A stretch of DNA of 64,000 bases from the NCBI GenBank assembly GCA_018382295.1, contig JAGZQF010000009.1, forward strand, positions 7,618-71,617, read 5' to 3'. Positions 48,132-58,507 of this stretch are shown here, one piece after another; the first letter of the stretch is position 1, and every line of letters starts with the position of its first letter. The DNA comes from Collinsella sp. (GTDB lineage Bacteria; Actinomycetota; Coriobacteriia; Coriobacteriales; Coriobacteriaceae). The notes below the pieces were generated by a model that searched no databases, had not been told where the DNA came from, and worked only from the letters and a program-made list of their open reading frames with translations. Position numbers and translations under genes: made by a program.

Positions 48132-48263
48132 TGCAACGCGCACATTCATACAACGTGGAACCGCTGCGACCAATCTAACAGTTCCGAAAGAAACCGTCTT
48201 ATGCGCCCACCCCAACCGGTGGGCGCATATACTTATCGAGGTACTTTCTATAAAGGAGACGCT

Positions 48264-49700
48264 ATGCCGAATGTCCCCACGACCACCCCGGGCCCGGATG
48301 ATACCGAGCACACGCTCGAAGATGTCACCGAAACGATTCCTCTGATTACAAACGTACATGCCGATAAGCAGAGCGGACGCGCGAACGATGCGACCGAGAT
48401 TTCCGATGAAGAGGCATATGCCAAGCTCAAGGCAAAACGTGCCGAACGTCGACGCAAAAAGCTCATCCGACGCGGCATTGCGGCCGGCGTCGTGGCCGCC
48501 ATTGTGCTCATCGCCGTTGTCGTGACCCTGGTTATCAATGCGCAGCCACAGGGCACTAGCGGGCCTGTGACCGACATGGTGACCGAGGGCACGTTTACCA
48601 CAACGGTCGAGGCGAAAGGCCAGCTCAAACCAATTTCGTCCTCAGTGGTCTCCCCTTCTGTCGACGGCACGGTCGATTCGATCAACGTGCAGGCGGGCCA
48701 ATCCGTCAACGAGGGCGACGTGCTTATGACCATTAAAAACGACGAGCTCGATCGCAACGTTGCCGAGGCACAGCGTGCAGTTGCTGCCGCTCAAGAAGAC
48801 CTCGCTAATGCGAAGAAAGCCGCAGCTGCCGCTCAGGCCACCCCAACGACGGACGTCGATGGAGCTTCCGCAGCGGCTGGCGTCTCCGACGCATCAGCGG
48901 ACACGAACGCCGTATCGGCCGCGCAGCGCAGCCTCGCTTCGGCCCAGGCAAACCTCGATCAGGCGAACGCCAAGGCCGCCAGCCGTACGGTCACGGCCCC
49001 GAGCTCGGGCAGCATCGTGGAGCTCAACGCCAAGGTGGGCGCCACGGTAACAGGCGGCATGATTATGGGCGAAAGTGATACGAGCGGTGGCAAGCAGTGC
49101 ATGCAGATCGCCGACCTATCCAAGATGAAGGTGACCGTACAGGTGGGAGAAAAGGACATCGCCAAGATCGCCGTTGGGCAGAGCGCCAACGTCACGTATC
49201 CCGCGTTTCCCGATATCGTGAGCCAGGGCACCGTCACGGCTATCGCGTCGGTGGCAAACTCCGACGCCGCTAACGGTGGCGGCGGCAGCGTAACCTTTAA
49301 CGTCGACATCCTCATCGAGGCGCCCGACGCGCGCCTGAAGCCGGGCATGACGGCCGAGGTCTCGGTGGTGACCGAGCAGCTCGACGACGTGGTGATGGTG
49401 CCGACGATGGCGCTCATGACCGAAGACGGCGAACACTATTACGTCAACGTGGCAACCGATGACGAGGGCAAACAGACCCGCCGCGTGAAAGTGACCGTCG
49501 TGACGCAAAACGACAACGAAGCCGTAGTCGGCAAGACACAGGTCAAGCGCGACGACCAGGGCAACGAGATCAACCCTAACGTGCCGATTACCAAGCTGCG
49601 CGATGGCGACACCCTCGTCATGGACACCGGAGCGGACGCAACGGCTGACGGCGGCTACAGCACGGATTCGGGCAGCATGTCTGACGACGAGGGCATGTAA
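48264..49700 (+). CDS. Efflux ABC transporter periplasmic-adaptor-like protein (HlyD/MacA family)
   Basis: N-terminal TM helix, long coiled-coil region, C-terminal beta-barrel/MPD-like region (QIADLSKMKVTVQVGEKDI...LKPGMTAEVSV). RBS aaaggag 6 nt before the ATG. Stop overlaps the ATPase start. Confidence 0.75.
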   Translation: MPNVPTTTPGPDDTEHTLEDVTETIPLITNVHADKQSGRANDATEISDEEAYAKLKAKRAERRRKKLIRRGIAAGVVAAIVLIAVVVTLVINAQPQGTSGPVTDMVTEGTFTTTVEAKGQLKPISSSVVSPSVDGTVDSINVQAGQSVNEGDVLMTIKNDELDRNVAEAQRAVAAAQEDLANAKKAAAAAQATPTTDVDGASAAAGVSDASADTNAVSAAQRSLASAQANLDQANAKAASRTVTAPSSGSIVELNAKVGATVTGGMIMGESDTSGGKQCMQIADLSKMKVTVQVGEKDIAKIAVGQSANVTYPAFPDIVSQGTVTAIASVANSDAANGGGGSVTFNVDILIEAPDARLKPGMTAEVSVVTEQLDDVVMVPTMALMTEDGEHYYVNVATDDEGKQTRRVKVTVVTQNDNEAVVGKTQVKRDDQGNEINPNVPITKLRDGDTLVMDTGADATADGGYSTDSGSMSDDEGM

Positions 49701-50473
49701 TGCGTCCCGTTATCGACATCCGCAACGTGCACCGCATCTTTGAAAGCGAGGCAGGTTGCGCCCACATCCTGCATAACGTGAGACTGGCGGTAGATCCCGG
49801 CGAGTTCGTCGCCATTACTGGCCCCTCGGGCTCGGGCAAATCAACCCTCATGAACATCCTAGGCTGCCTGGATAAGCCGACGGCGGGCGACTACTACCTG
49901 CAAGGGCTCAACGTGGCCGAGCTCGATGATGACGAGCTCACCGAAGTCCGCGCCCTGAGCATTGGCTTTGTCTTTCAGAGCTTCAACCTGCTGCCGCGCC
50001 TGTCGGTTATCGAAAACGTGATGCTGCCGCTGGCCTACACCAATGTGCCCCGTAGCCAGCGCGAGATGCGCGCCGTGCACGCGCTGCAGGCTGTCACGCT
50101 GCCCGTCGACCACTGGGACCACCGCATATCCGAGCTCTCGGGCGGCCAGATGCAGCGCGTCGCAATCGCGCGCGCCCTCGTCAATGATCCGCCCATCATT
50201 CTGGCTGACGAGCCGACGGGAAACCTGGACTCCGCTACCGGAGCGCTTGTGATGGAGACCTTCCATAAGCTCCAGAAGCGCGGCAAAACCATCGTGCTTA
50301 TCACACACGACCCCGGCATCGCCGCCGAGGCCGACCGTGCCGTGACCATCCGCGACGGTCGCATTCACGACGGCGCGTATATTCCACATGCACCGCGGAC
50401 CCTGCGCAGCGCCGTAGATAGCCTGCCCATGATTTCCGCCTCCGCCAACCCGCCGAAAGGAGAGATGGCATGA
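49700..50473 (+). CDS. ABC transporter ATP-binding protein (MacB/FtsE-like)
   Basis: Walker [11 protein letters not shown]-loop, signature [15 protein letters not shown], Walker [13 protein letters not shown]-loop ITHD. Confidence 0.9.
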   Translation: MRPVIDIRNVHRIFESEAGCAHILHNVRLAVDPGEFVAITGPSGSGKSTLMNILGCLDKPTAGDYYLQGLNVAELDDDELTEVRALSIGFVFQSFNLLPRLSVIENVMLPLAYTNVPRSQREMRAVHALQAVTLPVDHWDHRISELSGGQMQRVAIARALVNDPPIILADEPTGNLDSATGALVMETFHKLQKRGKTIVLITHDPGIAAEADRAVTIRDGRIHDGAYIPHAPRTLRSAVDSLPMISASANPPKGEMA

Positions 50474-51684
50474 GCGCCCGCGATCTCATCCAGGAAGCCC
50501 TTCACTCGCTCGAGGCCAACAAGGGGCGCAGTCTACTCACCATCCTGGGCATTGTCATCGGCATTGCCTCGGTTATCGCCATGACTTCGCTCATCGGCGG
50601 CATCCAAAACAGCCTGGTCAACAGTCTGGGCCTCAATGCGGCACGCATGGTGCAAATCTATTCGTCGCAAGAACTCACCGATTCTGACGTTCAGAAGCTT
50701 CAAAAACTGGTGCCGCAAATAGAGCAGATCGGAATTGTCGACAGCGCGTACACCGAGTACAAGACCGGCGATAAAAGCTATACCGTCATGGCACAGGGTG
50801 TCGATAGCAACATGCTCGACGCCGTGGGGGCCAGCAAGCTCGTTGCGGGGCGCACCTATTCCCAGGCCGAGTCCCAATCGGGCTCGCGCGTGGCGCTCAT
50901 CAGCCGCGGCGGCGCCGATCAGCTTTACGGCAACGAACAGGATGCGCTGGGGAAAACCATCAAGGTGGCCAACGGCGAGGTGCAGATTATAGGCGTGATT
51001 GATGGCGGCAACGACTCCATGGGCTCGCTCACGCTGTATATGCCGCGCGAAACCATCTCAGGCCTGTTTGGCGACGAAAATCCTTCATTCCCCAGCGTGA
51101 CGGCTCTTGCCGCCGAGGGCACAGACATGGACGAGCTTTGTAAGACCATCGAGTCCAAGGTGCGCGCAATGAAGGGCATCGCGGAAGATGATGAGTACGA
51201 CAGTGTATCGGCGACCTCCATGAAAAGCGCCATCGATGCACTCAACTCCTTTATGGGCGCGTTCTCGCTCATCATGGGCGCTGTCGCCAGCATCTCGCTG
51301 CTTGTCGGCGGTATCGGCATTATGAATATGATGCTCACCAACGTGACTGAGCGCATCCGTGAGATCGGCATTCGCCGTGCCCTGGGCGCAAGTCGTCGCG
51401 ATATCACCGCGCAGTTTTTGGCCGAGTCCTCGGCGCTGTGCGTCACCGGCGGACTGTTGGGTGTCCTGATTGGCTATCTGCTGGCATGGGGACTCACGTT
51501 CTTTGCCGCAAGCTCGGGCATCATGAGCGAGTTTGGAGCTACCGGGACGATCACGCCAAGCTTCTCCATTACAACAGTGTTGATCGCGTTTGCCGTATCG
51601 GTCGGCATCGGCGTAATCTTTGGCTTCTACCCCGCTCGCCGTGCAGCAAAGCTCGACCCGGTGGAATGCCTACGCTACCAGTAA
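50470..51684 (+). CDS. ABC transporter permease (FtsX/MacB-type, 4 TM with large extracytoplasmic domain)
   Basis: N-terminal TM, large periplasmic-domain-like region, then 3 C-terminal TMs with the FtsX-family motif region (REIGIRRALGASRRDI). Confidence 0.85.
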   Translation: MSARDLIQEALHSLEANKGRSLLTILGIVIGIASVIAMTSLIGGIQNSLVNSLGLNAARMVQIYSSQELTDSDVQKLQKLVPQIEQIGIVDSAYTEYKTGDKSYTVMAQGVDSNMLDAVGASKLVAGRTYSQAESQSGSRVALISRGGADQLYGNEQDALGKTIKVANGEVQIIGVIDGGNDSMGSLTLYMPRETISGLFGDENPSFPSVTALAAEGTDMDELCKTIESKVRAMKGIAEDDEYDSVSATSMKSAIDALNSFMGAFSLIMGAVASISLLVGGIGIMNMMLTNVTERIREIGIRRALGASRRDITAQFLAESSALCVTGGLLGVLIGYLLAWGLTFFAASSGIMSEFGATGTITPSFSITTVLIAFAVSVGIGVIFGFYPARRAAKLDPVECLRYQ

Positions 51685-51697
51685 GCCACCACCAACA

Positions 51698-51765
51698 AGT
51701 TGCGGTGAATTAGGGACTGAATATGCTATTTAGCAGCAAAAACAGACGCTATTTCACCGCAACTT
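51698..51765. repeat. Copy B of the ~70-nt element with conserved inverted termini AGTTGCGGTGAA...TTCACCGCAACT
   Basis: Left aagttgcggtgaattagggactg, right ctatttcaccgcaacttattg. 18 nt of the right end (CTATTTCACCGCAACTTA) are identical to copy A. The interior differs. Again between convergent gene ends (ABC permease + / cbiJ -). Confidence 0.6.
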
Positions 51766-51895
51766 ATTGAAGGGCTGCTTGCGCCAGTTCCGTGCGTCGT
51801 CCTCGAGCGATTGGCGGATGACAGGCTTGTACGGGTCGAGCTTGCTCGGGGCGCTCCTCCTCGCAGGCGGGAGGGCACGCATGCGCGGCGAGCGC

Positions 51896-52669
51896 CTAGC
51901 GCGCGAACTCCCGTAAGAGCGCGTCTTCCACTTCCCTAAGCGAAAGGGCCCCGCCTCCCTCGGCGGGACGGGCGACCACGATACAGCGCGCTCCCACGTC
52001 GCGCGCGGAGGCGATCTTCTCGGCCGTGCCGCCTACGGTTCCCGAGTCCTTGGTCACAAGCCACTGGGCGCCCACCTGCCGAAGCATCGCCTCGTTGAGC
52101 TCGCGGGTGAAGGGCCCCTGCATGCCGATGACGTGCGACGGCGAAAACCCCGCGTCGATGCACTTCGTTATAGCACCGGGCAGAGGAAGCACACGCACGA
52201 AGAAGCGCTCCGCGAAATCGGCGACGCGCGTGTAGGGAGCAAGCTCCTTGCTCCCCGTCGTGAGAAGCGCGCGACCCGGGTTCTCGGAGAGAAAGCGCGC
52301 CGCGCAGGCGATCGACGCGACCGACACGACGCCTTTGGGCAGAACCTCGACCGGGCGCGCAAGGCGCAGGCATCGTGCACCCACGGCGAGCGAAGCGGCC
52401 CGGATGTTGCCGCTTGCGAGCGTAGCGAAGGGGTGCGTGGCGTCGACGACGATGCGCGCGCCGGAAAGCTCACGCTCCATGTCGGCCTCGTCGAGCCTGC
52501 CCGCATGCACCTCGATGCCCGGAAGCTCGCCCAAAAGCTCGCCTCCGTACTCGGTTGCCGCGTAGGCACGGGCGGGGATTCCCGCCCCGCTCGCCCATTC
52601 GCACAGGAGGCGGCCCTCGGTGGTGCCGGCGAAGATGCGCAGCGCCGGCGCGGATGCGGGGGCCGTCAC
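51896..52669 (-). CDS. cbiJ: Cobalt-precorrin-6A reductase
   Basis: LRIFAGTTEGR N-terminus, CbiJ/CobK fold. GTG start inferred at a GTGA overlap with the cbiC stop. Confidence 0.75.
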   Translation of the reverse strand: MTAPASAPALRIFAGTTEGRLLCEWASGAGIPARAYAATEYGGELLGELPGIEVHAGRLDEADMERELSGARIVVDATHPFATLASGNIRAASLAVGARCLRLARPVEVLPKGVVSVASIACAARFLSENPGRALLTTGSKELAPYTRVADFAERFFVRVLPLPGAITKCIDAGFSPSHVIGMQGPFTRELNEAMLRQVGAQWLVTKDSGTVGGTAEKIASARDVGARCIVVARPAEGGGALSLREVEDALLREFAR

Positions 52670-53307
52670 TTCGGGCCGCCTGGGCGCGTGATCTGGTAGA
52701 GCAGCGCGTTCATAATGGCGGCCGCCACGGTCGAGCCGCCCTTGCGACCCCTCGCGACGATGGCCGGCACGCGTCGCGCGAGTAGCTCCTCTTTCGCCTC
52801 GACCACGTTCACAAACCCAACCGGCACCCCAACGACGAGCGCGGGCGCGATCTTCCCCGCGTCCATGAGCTCGGCGAGGCGCAGAAGTGCTGTGGGAGCG
52901 TTGCCGACGGCCACGATGAGCGGACCCTCGATGCCGCAAGCTTTGTCCATGCTCGCAACGGCGCGAGTCGTGCCCGCGGCGCGCGCCGTTGCGGCGACAT
53001 CCGGGTCGGCCATAAAGCACACGGCCTGGCAGCCGATCTTCGCGAGCGCGGGCTTGCTTATGCCTGCGAGCGCCATGTTCGTGTCGGTGAGCACCGTGGC
53101 CCCTGCGCGCAGTGCGTCGAGCGCACAGTGCGCGGCGTCATGGGTGAACACGAGGGAATCGGCGTACGAGAAGTCGGCAGTGGTGTGGATGACGCGCTTC
53201 ACGACGGGCTCTTCGAGCGGCGGGAACGTGCGGCCGCCGAGCTCTTCGGTGATGATTTCAAAGCTGCGCCGCTCGATGTCGCCGGGCGCCATCTCCTTGG
53301 AATCCAT
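52666..53307 (-). CDS. cbiC: Cobalt-precorrin-8 methylmutase
   Basis: IERRSFEIITEELG...RVIHTTADFSYADSL...AVGNAPTAL: CbiC/CobH signature regions. Confidence 0.85.
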   Translation of the reverse strand: MDSKEMAPGDIERRSFEIITEELGGRTFPPLEEPVVKRVIHTTADFSYADSLVFTHDAAHCALDALRAGATVLTDTNMALAGISKPALAKIGCQAVCFMADPDVAATARAAGTTRAVASMDKACGIEGPLIVAVGNAPTALLRLAELMDAGKIAPALVVGVPVGFVNVVEAKEELLARRVPAIVARGRKGGSTVAAAIMNALLYQITRPGGPK

Positions 53308-53823
53308 CTAGTACTCCACTCCTTCCCTTGCACATATCCCCTGCTCGTAGGGGTGTTTCTCGCACCGCATCTCGGTTATGTAGTCGGCCTTCTCCACGAT
53401 CTTGCGGGAAGGCGCGCGCCCGGTGAGCGCTACTTCGACGCCGCGCGCGGACATATCGAGCGCGCGGTCCACGAGCGCCTCGTCGACAAGCCCCTTCGAA
53501 AGCGCGTCGAGCGCCTCGTCGAGCACGAGCAGCCCCTCCTGCGCGCCCTCGAGCTCGGCGAGCGCGGAAGCGAGGTTCCCATCGTGCAACTCGCGCGTCG
53601 CGGCAAGTTCTTCCGACGTCATGGACCAGGTAAACTTGTCCGACGCCTTCCCCGCGAACACGGGCACGCCGAAATGCTCGGCGAGCAGGCGCGCCTCCCC
53701 GCTTTCGCCGTCTTTCAGGAACTGCACAACGACGACGCGGCGGCCTGCGGCGAGCATGCGAAGGGCGAGCCCCATCGCCGCCGTGGTCTTGCCTTTGCCG
53801 TCGCCATGATACACGTGGATCAT
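53308..53823 (-). CDS. cobO: Cob(I)yrinic acid a,c-diamide adenosyltransferase (CobA/CobO/BtuR type)
   Basis: P-loop HVYHGDGKGKTTAAMGLALR, LDEALDALSKG. 171 aa. Confidence 0.85.
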   Translation of the reverse strand: MIHVYHGDGKGKTTAAMGLALRMLAAGRRVVVVQFLKDGESGEARLLAEHFGVPVFAGKASDKFTWSMTSEELAATRELHDGNLASALAELEGAQEGLLVLDEALDALSKGLVDEALVDRALDMSARGVEVALTGRAPSRKIVEKADYITEMRCEKHPYEQGICAREGVEY

Positions 53824-55319
53824 ACGCCCTCCTCGATAATGCGGTAGACATACTCCATGTCGAGCGCCCCGCGCACGGAGTCGGCCAGGCGGTCGAACTC
53901 GCGCGCACGGTGATCGGCCGCGGACACCGCGCCCTCAGCACCCACGACGCTCTCGGGCAGGCCGCGCATGCGCGCGAGCGAGCGCGCGAGGGCGAGTGCC
54001 ACCCCCGGTTCGTCGAACAGGCCGTGGAGATAGGTTCCGAACACGTTTCCGCAGGCCGCGCCTTCTGGTTTGCCGCCAATCGTGCCCGCAGGGGCGCAGG
54101 AGACGGTCGTATCGCCGTCGTGAATCTCGTACCCGCGCGCCGTCATGCCGTTCCACACCGAGAACGCGCCTTGGGCGCCCGTGATGCGCAGCTCCGACTG
54201 GGCGAGGCGCTTTTCCTCCTTGAACACCGTATTTGCAGGGATGAGCCCGAGCCCGCGCGCGGTGCCAGCGCCTTCCCTGCCGTGCGGGTCGGAAAGCTCG
54301 TCTCCCAAAAGCTGGTAGCCTCCGCATATGCCGAGCACCGGCGTGCCCGCGCCCGAAAGCGCGCGTACACAGACTCCGATGCCGCTAGCCGCAAGCCAGC
54401 GCGCGTCGTCGACCGTGGACTTCGAGCCGGGAAGCACCACCAGGTCGGGTCGGCCCAGATCGGTCGTCGAGGAAACGTAGCGCACGCCCATGCCGGGCAC
54501 GCGCGAAAGCGGGTCGAAGTCGGTGAAGTTCGACAGATGCGGAAGGCGCACGACGGCGACGTCGATGACGCCGCGCGCCTCGCGGGCAGATAGGCGCGGC
54601 GCGAGCGAGTCCTCGTCGTCCAGGTCGAGCGTAAGAAACGGCACGACCCCCACGACGGGAACCCCGCACATCTTCTCGAGCGGGGCCAAACCCGGGCGGA
54701 GGATTTCCACATCGCCGCGGAACTTGTTCACAACAAGCCCCCGCAAAAGCGCGCGATCCTCGGGCGCAAAGAGCGCGACCGTGCCGTAGAGCTGGGCAAA
54801 TACCCCGCCTGGGTCGATGTCGCCCGCGAGCAGCACGGGGGAGGACACGGCGCGCGCGAGCCCCATGTTGACGATGTCGTTTTCGGCAAGGTTGATTTCG
54901 GCGGGGCTGCCGGCGCCCTCGATGACGATGACGTCGTTTTCCTCCGCGAGCGAATCGAACGACTCCAAAATCTGCGGCATGAGCGCCTTCTTTCGCGCGA
55001 AGTAGTCCCTCGCAGCGAAGGCCCCCTGCGCCTTGCCGGCCACGATGAGCTGGCTTCGGTGGTCGCTTTCGGGCTTGAGCAGGATGGGGTTCATACGCAC
55101 GTCGGGCACGATGCCACACGCCTCGGCCTGCATGATCTGGGCGCGCCCCATCTCGAGCCCGTCGGCCGTGACACCGCTGTTGAGCGCCATGTTCTGGCTC
55201 TTGAAGGGAGCCACGCGCAGGCCGTCCTGCGAAAGCACACGGCACAGCCCCGCCGCAAGCAGGCTCTTCCCCGCGTTCGACATGGTGCCCTGGATCATGA
55301 TGGGCTTCGCCCTACCCAC
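53820..55319 (-). CDS. cobQ: Cobyric acid synthase
   Basis: IMIQGTMSNAGKSLLAAGLCRVLSQDGLRVAPFKSQNMALNSGVTADGLEMGRAQ nearly colinear with CbiP. C-terminal glutamine amidotransferase region. Start ambiguous (GTG 55319, ATG 55352 or ATG 55298). Confidence 0.85.
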   Translation of the reverse strand: MGRAKPIMIQGTMSNAGKSLLAAGLCRVLSQDGLRVAPFKSQNMALNSGVTADGLEMGRAQIMQAEACGIVPDVRMNPILLKPESDHRSQLIVAGKAQGAFAARDYFARKKALMPQILESFDSLAEENDVIVIEGAGSPAEINLAENDIVNMGLARAVSSPVLLAGDIDPGGVFAQLYGTVALFAPEDRALLRGLVVNKFRGDVEILRPGLAPLEKMCGVPVVGVVPFLTLDLDDEDSLAPRLSAREARGVIDVAVVRLPHLSNFTDFDPLSRVPGMGVRYVSSTTDLGRPDLVVLPGSKSTVDDARWLAASGIGVCVRALSGAGTPVLGICGGYQLLGDELSDPHGREGAGTARGLGLIPANTVFKEEKRLAQSELRITGAQGAFSVWNGMTARGYEIHDGDTTVSCAPAGTIGGKPEGAACGNVFGTYLHGLFDEPGVALALARSLARMRGLPESVVGAEGAVSAADHRAREFDRLADSVRGALDMEYVYRIIEEGV

Positions 55320-56535
55320 GGGTATCGACCTCCTTCGTCGAGCCTCGGCCATACGCGCCCGCCATAGCGCCGCTGCAAGAAGCGCCGCCCCGTTTGTCGG
55401 GTTCGCCTTCGCCCGATGCGCCTTCCGCCCGAAGCGCGCGGCCGAACGCCATCGCAAGCCGGGCATTCTCCTTGCGCGTGCGCACCGCGACGCGGCACCA
55501 GAAACGGGACAGTACCGAAAACGAGTCGCACGTGCGGACCAAAACCCCCTGTTTATACAGGCGCTCGGGGATGTCTTTCGCCGGTGTCCGGACTAAAAGG
55601 AAGTTCGCATCCGACGGCACGACGGAAAGCCCGAGCGAGGAGAGCTCGTGGGAAAGCCACGCTCGCTCGCCCGCCAATACATCGCGCGTGCGCGAGACGT
55701 ATTCGACGTCTTCCAGGGCGGCGATACCCGCGGCCTCGGCGACCGAGGAGACGGGCCACGCCTGCCCCGCCCGGCGAATCCCCTCGAGGAGTTGGGCGTT
55801 TCCGCTGATCAGATATCCTAACCGCAACCCCGCCATTCCGTAGAGCTTGGTGAATGCGGAGAGCACGGCCACATGGCGCGAACACGCGGCGCGTGCGGCC
55901 ACGCTCCTTTCGCGGGCGTCGGGCGCAAATCCGAGGAAGCACTCGTCCACGACGAGCAGCGCGCCCACCTGCTCGCAGCGGCAAGCCGCGGCATCGATCA
56001 CGCGGGGGTCGACGAGGCGCCCCGTCGGGTTGTTCGGATTGCAGATATACGCCACGTCTCCCGGCCCCTCGATCGCGCGGGCGAAGGAGGCGGGCACGTC
56101 GAAGTCGTCCGCTTCGGAGAGCGGGAACTCCTGCACGCATGCGCCGTAGTACGATGCCGCCTCCGCATATTCAGAGAACGTCGGCGCACACACGACGATG
56201 CGTTTCGGGCGCACCGCCGCGGCGAGCCGCCAAATGATGTCGGACGCGCCCGCGCCGCAGACGATAGTATCTTCGGGAATGCCCTGGGCACGCGCTAGGG
56301 CGCGAACGAGGGCGAGGCTTTCCCTATCGGGGTAGGCGTCGATTCGAGAAAGCGCCTTGCAAGCTGCGGCAACGGCGCGCGGCGAGGGGCCTGCCGGATT
56401 CACGTTCACCGAGAAGTCAATGAGGTCGGAGGCGCCCCCTTCGCAAGCGATGCCGAGCGATTGCGTGCTACCCCCATGCGCACGGGCGCGCAGGATTCCC
56501 CCGGCAGCCCGGGACGCGGCGTGGTCTTCCCTCAT
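55312..56535 (-). CDS. cobD: Threonine-phosphate decarboxylase (class I/II aminotransferase fold)
   Basis: ARAHGGS...IDFSVNVNPAGP, PLP-lysine region SAFTKLYGMAGLRLGY. ATGA overlap with the cbiB stop supports the start at 56535. Confidence 0.8.
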   Translation of the reverse strand: MREDHAASRAAGGILRARAHGGSTQSLGIACEGGASDLIDFSVNVNPAGPSPRAVAAACKALSRIDAYPDRESLALVRALARAQGIPEDTIVCGAGASDIIWRLAAAVRPKRIVVCAPTFSEYAEAASYYGACVQEFPLSEADDFDVPASFARAIEGPGDVAYICNPNNPTGRLVDPRVIDAAACRCEQVGALLVVDECFLGFAPDARERSVAARAACSRHVAVLSAFTKLYGMAGLRLGYLISGNAQLLEGIRRAGQAWPVSSVAEAAGIAALEDVEYVSRTRDVLAGERAWLSHELSSLGLSVVPSDANFLLVRTPAKDIPERLYKQGVLVRTCDSFSVLSRFWCRVAVRTRKENARLAMAFGRALRAEGASGEGEPDKRGGASCSGAMAGAYGRGSTKEVDTRG

Positions 56536-57506
56536 ACCATCGCCCCCACGGCGAGCACGACCGCCGCGCGTGCGGCACCGAAGACGACGAGCGCGCATAC
56601 GGACGCGGCGAGCATGAGCCTAGTCGCCCGGGCGATGTCGCTCCACTCAATTTCACGGGACGCGTCGCCTATCGTCGGTTTCTCAACGAGCTTGCCGAAA
56701 TACACCGCGGGTCCTGCCAGGCGCAGCCCGAGCGCGCCCGCACACGCTGACTCGGTCTGCGCCGAGTTGGGGCTCGCATGGCGACGCCTGTCGCGGCGCC
56801 AGATGCGCGCCGCCCCGCGAGCATCGAGCCCGACGATCGGGCACACGGCGATCATGAACAGGGCCGATAAGCGCGAGGGAATCCAGTTCACCGCATCGTC
56901 GAGGCGCGCCGAGGCGCAGCCGAAGTCGATGTAGCGCTCGTTTTTGTAGCCCACCATGCTGTCGAGCGTGTTCACCGCCTTGTACGCCATGCCCAAGGGC
57001 GCACCCCCGATCATAAGGTAGAAAAGCGGCGCGATGACGCCGTCGCTCGCGTTCTCCGCCACCGTTTCCACGGCGGCGCGCGCAACGCCCTGCTCGTCGA
57101 GAACAGACGTGTCGCGTCCCACGATGAGCCCGACGGCTTCGCGAGCCGCGACAAGGCCGCCCTTCGAGAACGCGCGGGCCACGGCCAGGCTCTGGCGGCG
57201 CAGCTCGCATGCCGCGAGAATCTGATAGCTCGCCCATGCCTCGGCCACGAAGCGCAAGCCGGGGTGAACCATGCCGCAAAGATGCAGGATTCCCAAGGTC
57301 AAAAGCCCACACGCAAGCGGAAGCGCCACGGCGAGCACAAGCCCTGCGGCGCGCGTGCCCGCGGACGTTTGCGGGAATGAGCCCCGCAGGCGGCCTTCGG
57401 CCCACGTGATCGCGCGCCCCATGGCGACAACGGGATGGGGAAGCCAGCGCGGGTCGCCGAAGGCAAGGTCGGCTGCGAACCCGGCGGCGGCGGCAAGAAT
57501 CGTCAT
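56532..57506 (-). CDS. cbiB: Adenosylcobinamide-phosphate synthase (membrane)
   Basis: CbiB/CobD membrane-protein pattern (LAFGDPRWLPHPVVAMGRAI...DSMVGYKNERY...NWIPSRL). Confidence 0.85.
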   Translation of the reverse strand: MTILAAAAGFAADLAFGDPRWLPHPVVAMGRAITWAEGRLRGSFPQTSAGTRAAGLVLAVALPLACGLLTLGILHLCGMVHPGLRFVAEAWASYQILAACELRRQSLAVARAFSKGGLVAAREAVGLIVGRDTSVLDEQGVARAAVETVAENASDGVIAPLFYLMIGGAPLGMAYKAVNTLDSMVGYKNERYIDFGCASARLDDAVNWIPSRLSALFMIAVCPIVGLDARGAARIWRRDRRRHASPNSAQTESACAGALGLRLAGPAVYFGKLVEKPTIGDASREIEWSDIARATRLMLAASVCALVVFGAARAAVVLAVGAMV

Positions 57507-58507
57507 CACCGGGCATCGCCCCCCGAAGCGGGGCGAACGTCGCGAAGGCAGCGCCCATCCCAGGTGGCGGCCCATGCGCCGCCCGGCTCGGTATGCACGT
57601 CGAAATATCCCATTTTCGGGACAGCTAGCTCGGAGAGCAGCGCTTTCACGGTACCCGCGTGAACGACGAAGACGGCGCGCCCACTCCCCTGGGCGCGCTC
57701 CGATTCGCACGCCTCCCGAAACGCCGCGACGACGCGGCGGGTGAAATCGCTCTTGCCCTCGCCATGCGGGCAGCGCGTCTCGCACCAGGAGTCTACCCAG
57801 GCGCGGTAGCGCACATCCTCTTTAAGCTCGGCGGCGCTTCGCCCCTCGAAGTCACCGAAATCCATCTCGCGCAGACCGGGGCACGCCATAAGCTCCGCGT
57901 TCGGGAAGAGGATGCGCGCCGTCTGGTCGGTGCGGGCCATGCCGCTCGTGATAACACGGAACACGTCACGATCGCACGCGAGGTCGCGCAAAGCGCGCTC
58001 GCCCGCGCTCGACAGGGGCTCGTCGGTGCCCGCCCCGCTGTAGCGATGGTCTTCCGTGCCCGCCGTGGCACCATGGCGCACGAAGACGACCTCCAAAGGC
58101 GCGCCCGCGCCCTGCGTCCCTCGAGGAGCATCGGCAAGGTTTCCTTTGATGACCTGGGGAATCCCGCACGTCATGCGCACGACGACGTCGGCGCGCGCAG
58201 CGAGCGCGCATCCCAGGCGCCCCGCGCGCTCGCGCCATTGGGCGTCTTCCGCATGCATAGGGACGACCCCCGAGCCGACCAAGGACAGAATCACTGCGTC
58301 GAAGCCGATCAGCCGCTCGAGCGCCCGGTCAGCGTCGAGCGCGCGTACGAGTTCCTCAGCATGGTACGCGACGCGGCCGGCAAAAGCCGCGGAAACGCCG
58401 CCCTCCGCAAGCTGCGCCGCGTCGACGAAATCGTCCGCCGCGAACCCGAGCTTTTCGCGCACGAAGGTCCTCTTCCCCGAATGCGCGCCACCTACCACGA
58501 GCATCAT
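57506..58507 (-). CDS. cobC: Fusion: short CobU-like P-loop domain + alpha-ribazole phosphatase (histidine phosphatase) CobC domain
   Basis: N-terminal MMLVVGGAHSGKRTF (P-loop) and a CobU-like C-terminal segment (VILSLVGSGVVPMHAEDAQWRERAGRLGCALAARADVVVRMTCGIPQVIKG). Then a histidine-phosphatase domain beginning VVFVRHGATAG. Confidence 0.65.
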   Translation of the reverse strand: MMLVVGGAHSGKRTFVREKLGFAADDFVDAAQLAEGGVSAAFAGRVAYHAEELVRALDADRALERLIGFDAVILSLVGSGVVPMHAEDAQWRERAGRLGCALAARADVVVRMTCGIPQVIKGNLADAPRGTQGAGAPLEVVFVRHGATAGTEDHRYSGAGTDEPLSSAGERALRDLACDRDVFRVITSGMARTDQTARILFPNAELMACPGLREMDFGDFEGRSAAELKEDVRYRAWVDSWCETRCPHGEGKSDFTRRVVAAFREACESERAQGSGRAVFVVHAGTVKALLSELAVPKMGYFDVHTEPGGAWAATWDGRCLRDVRPASGGDAR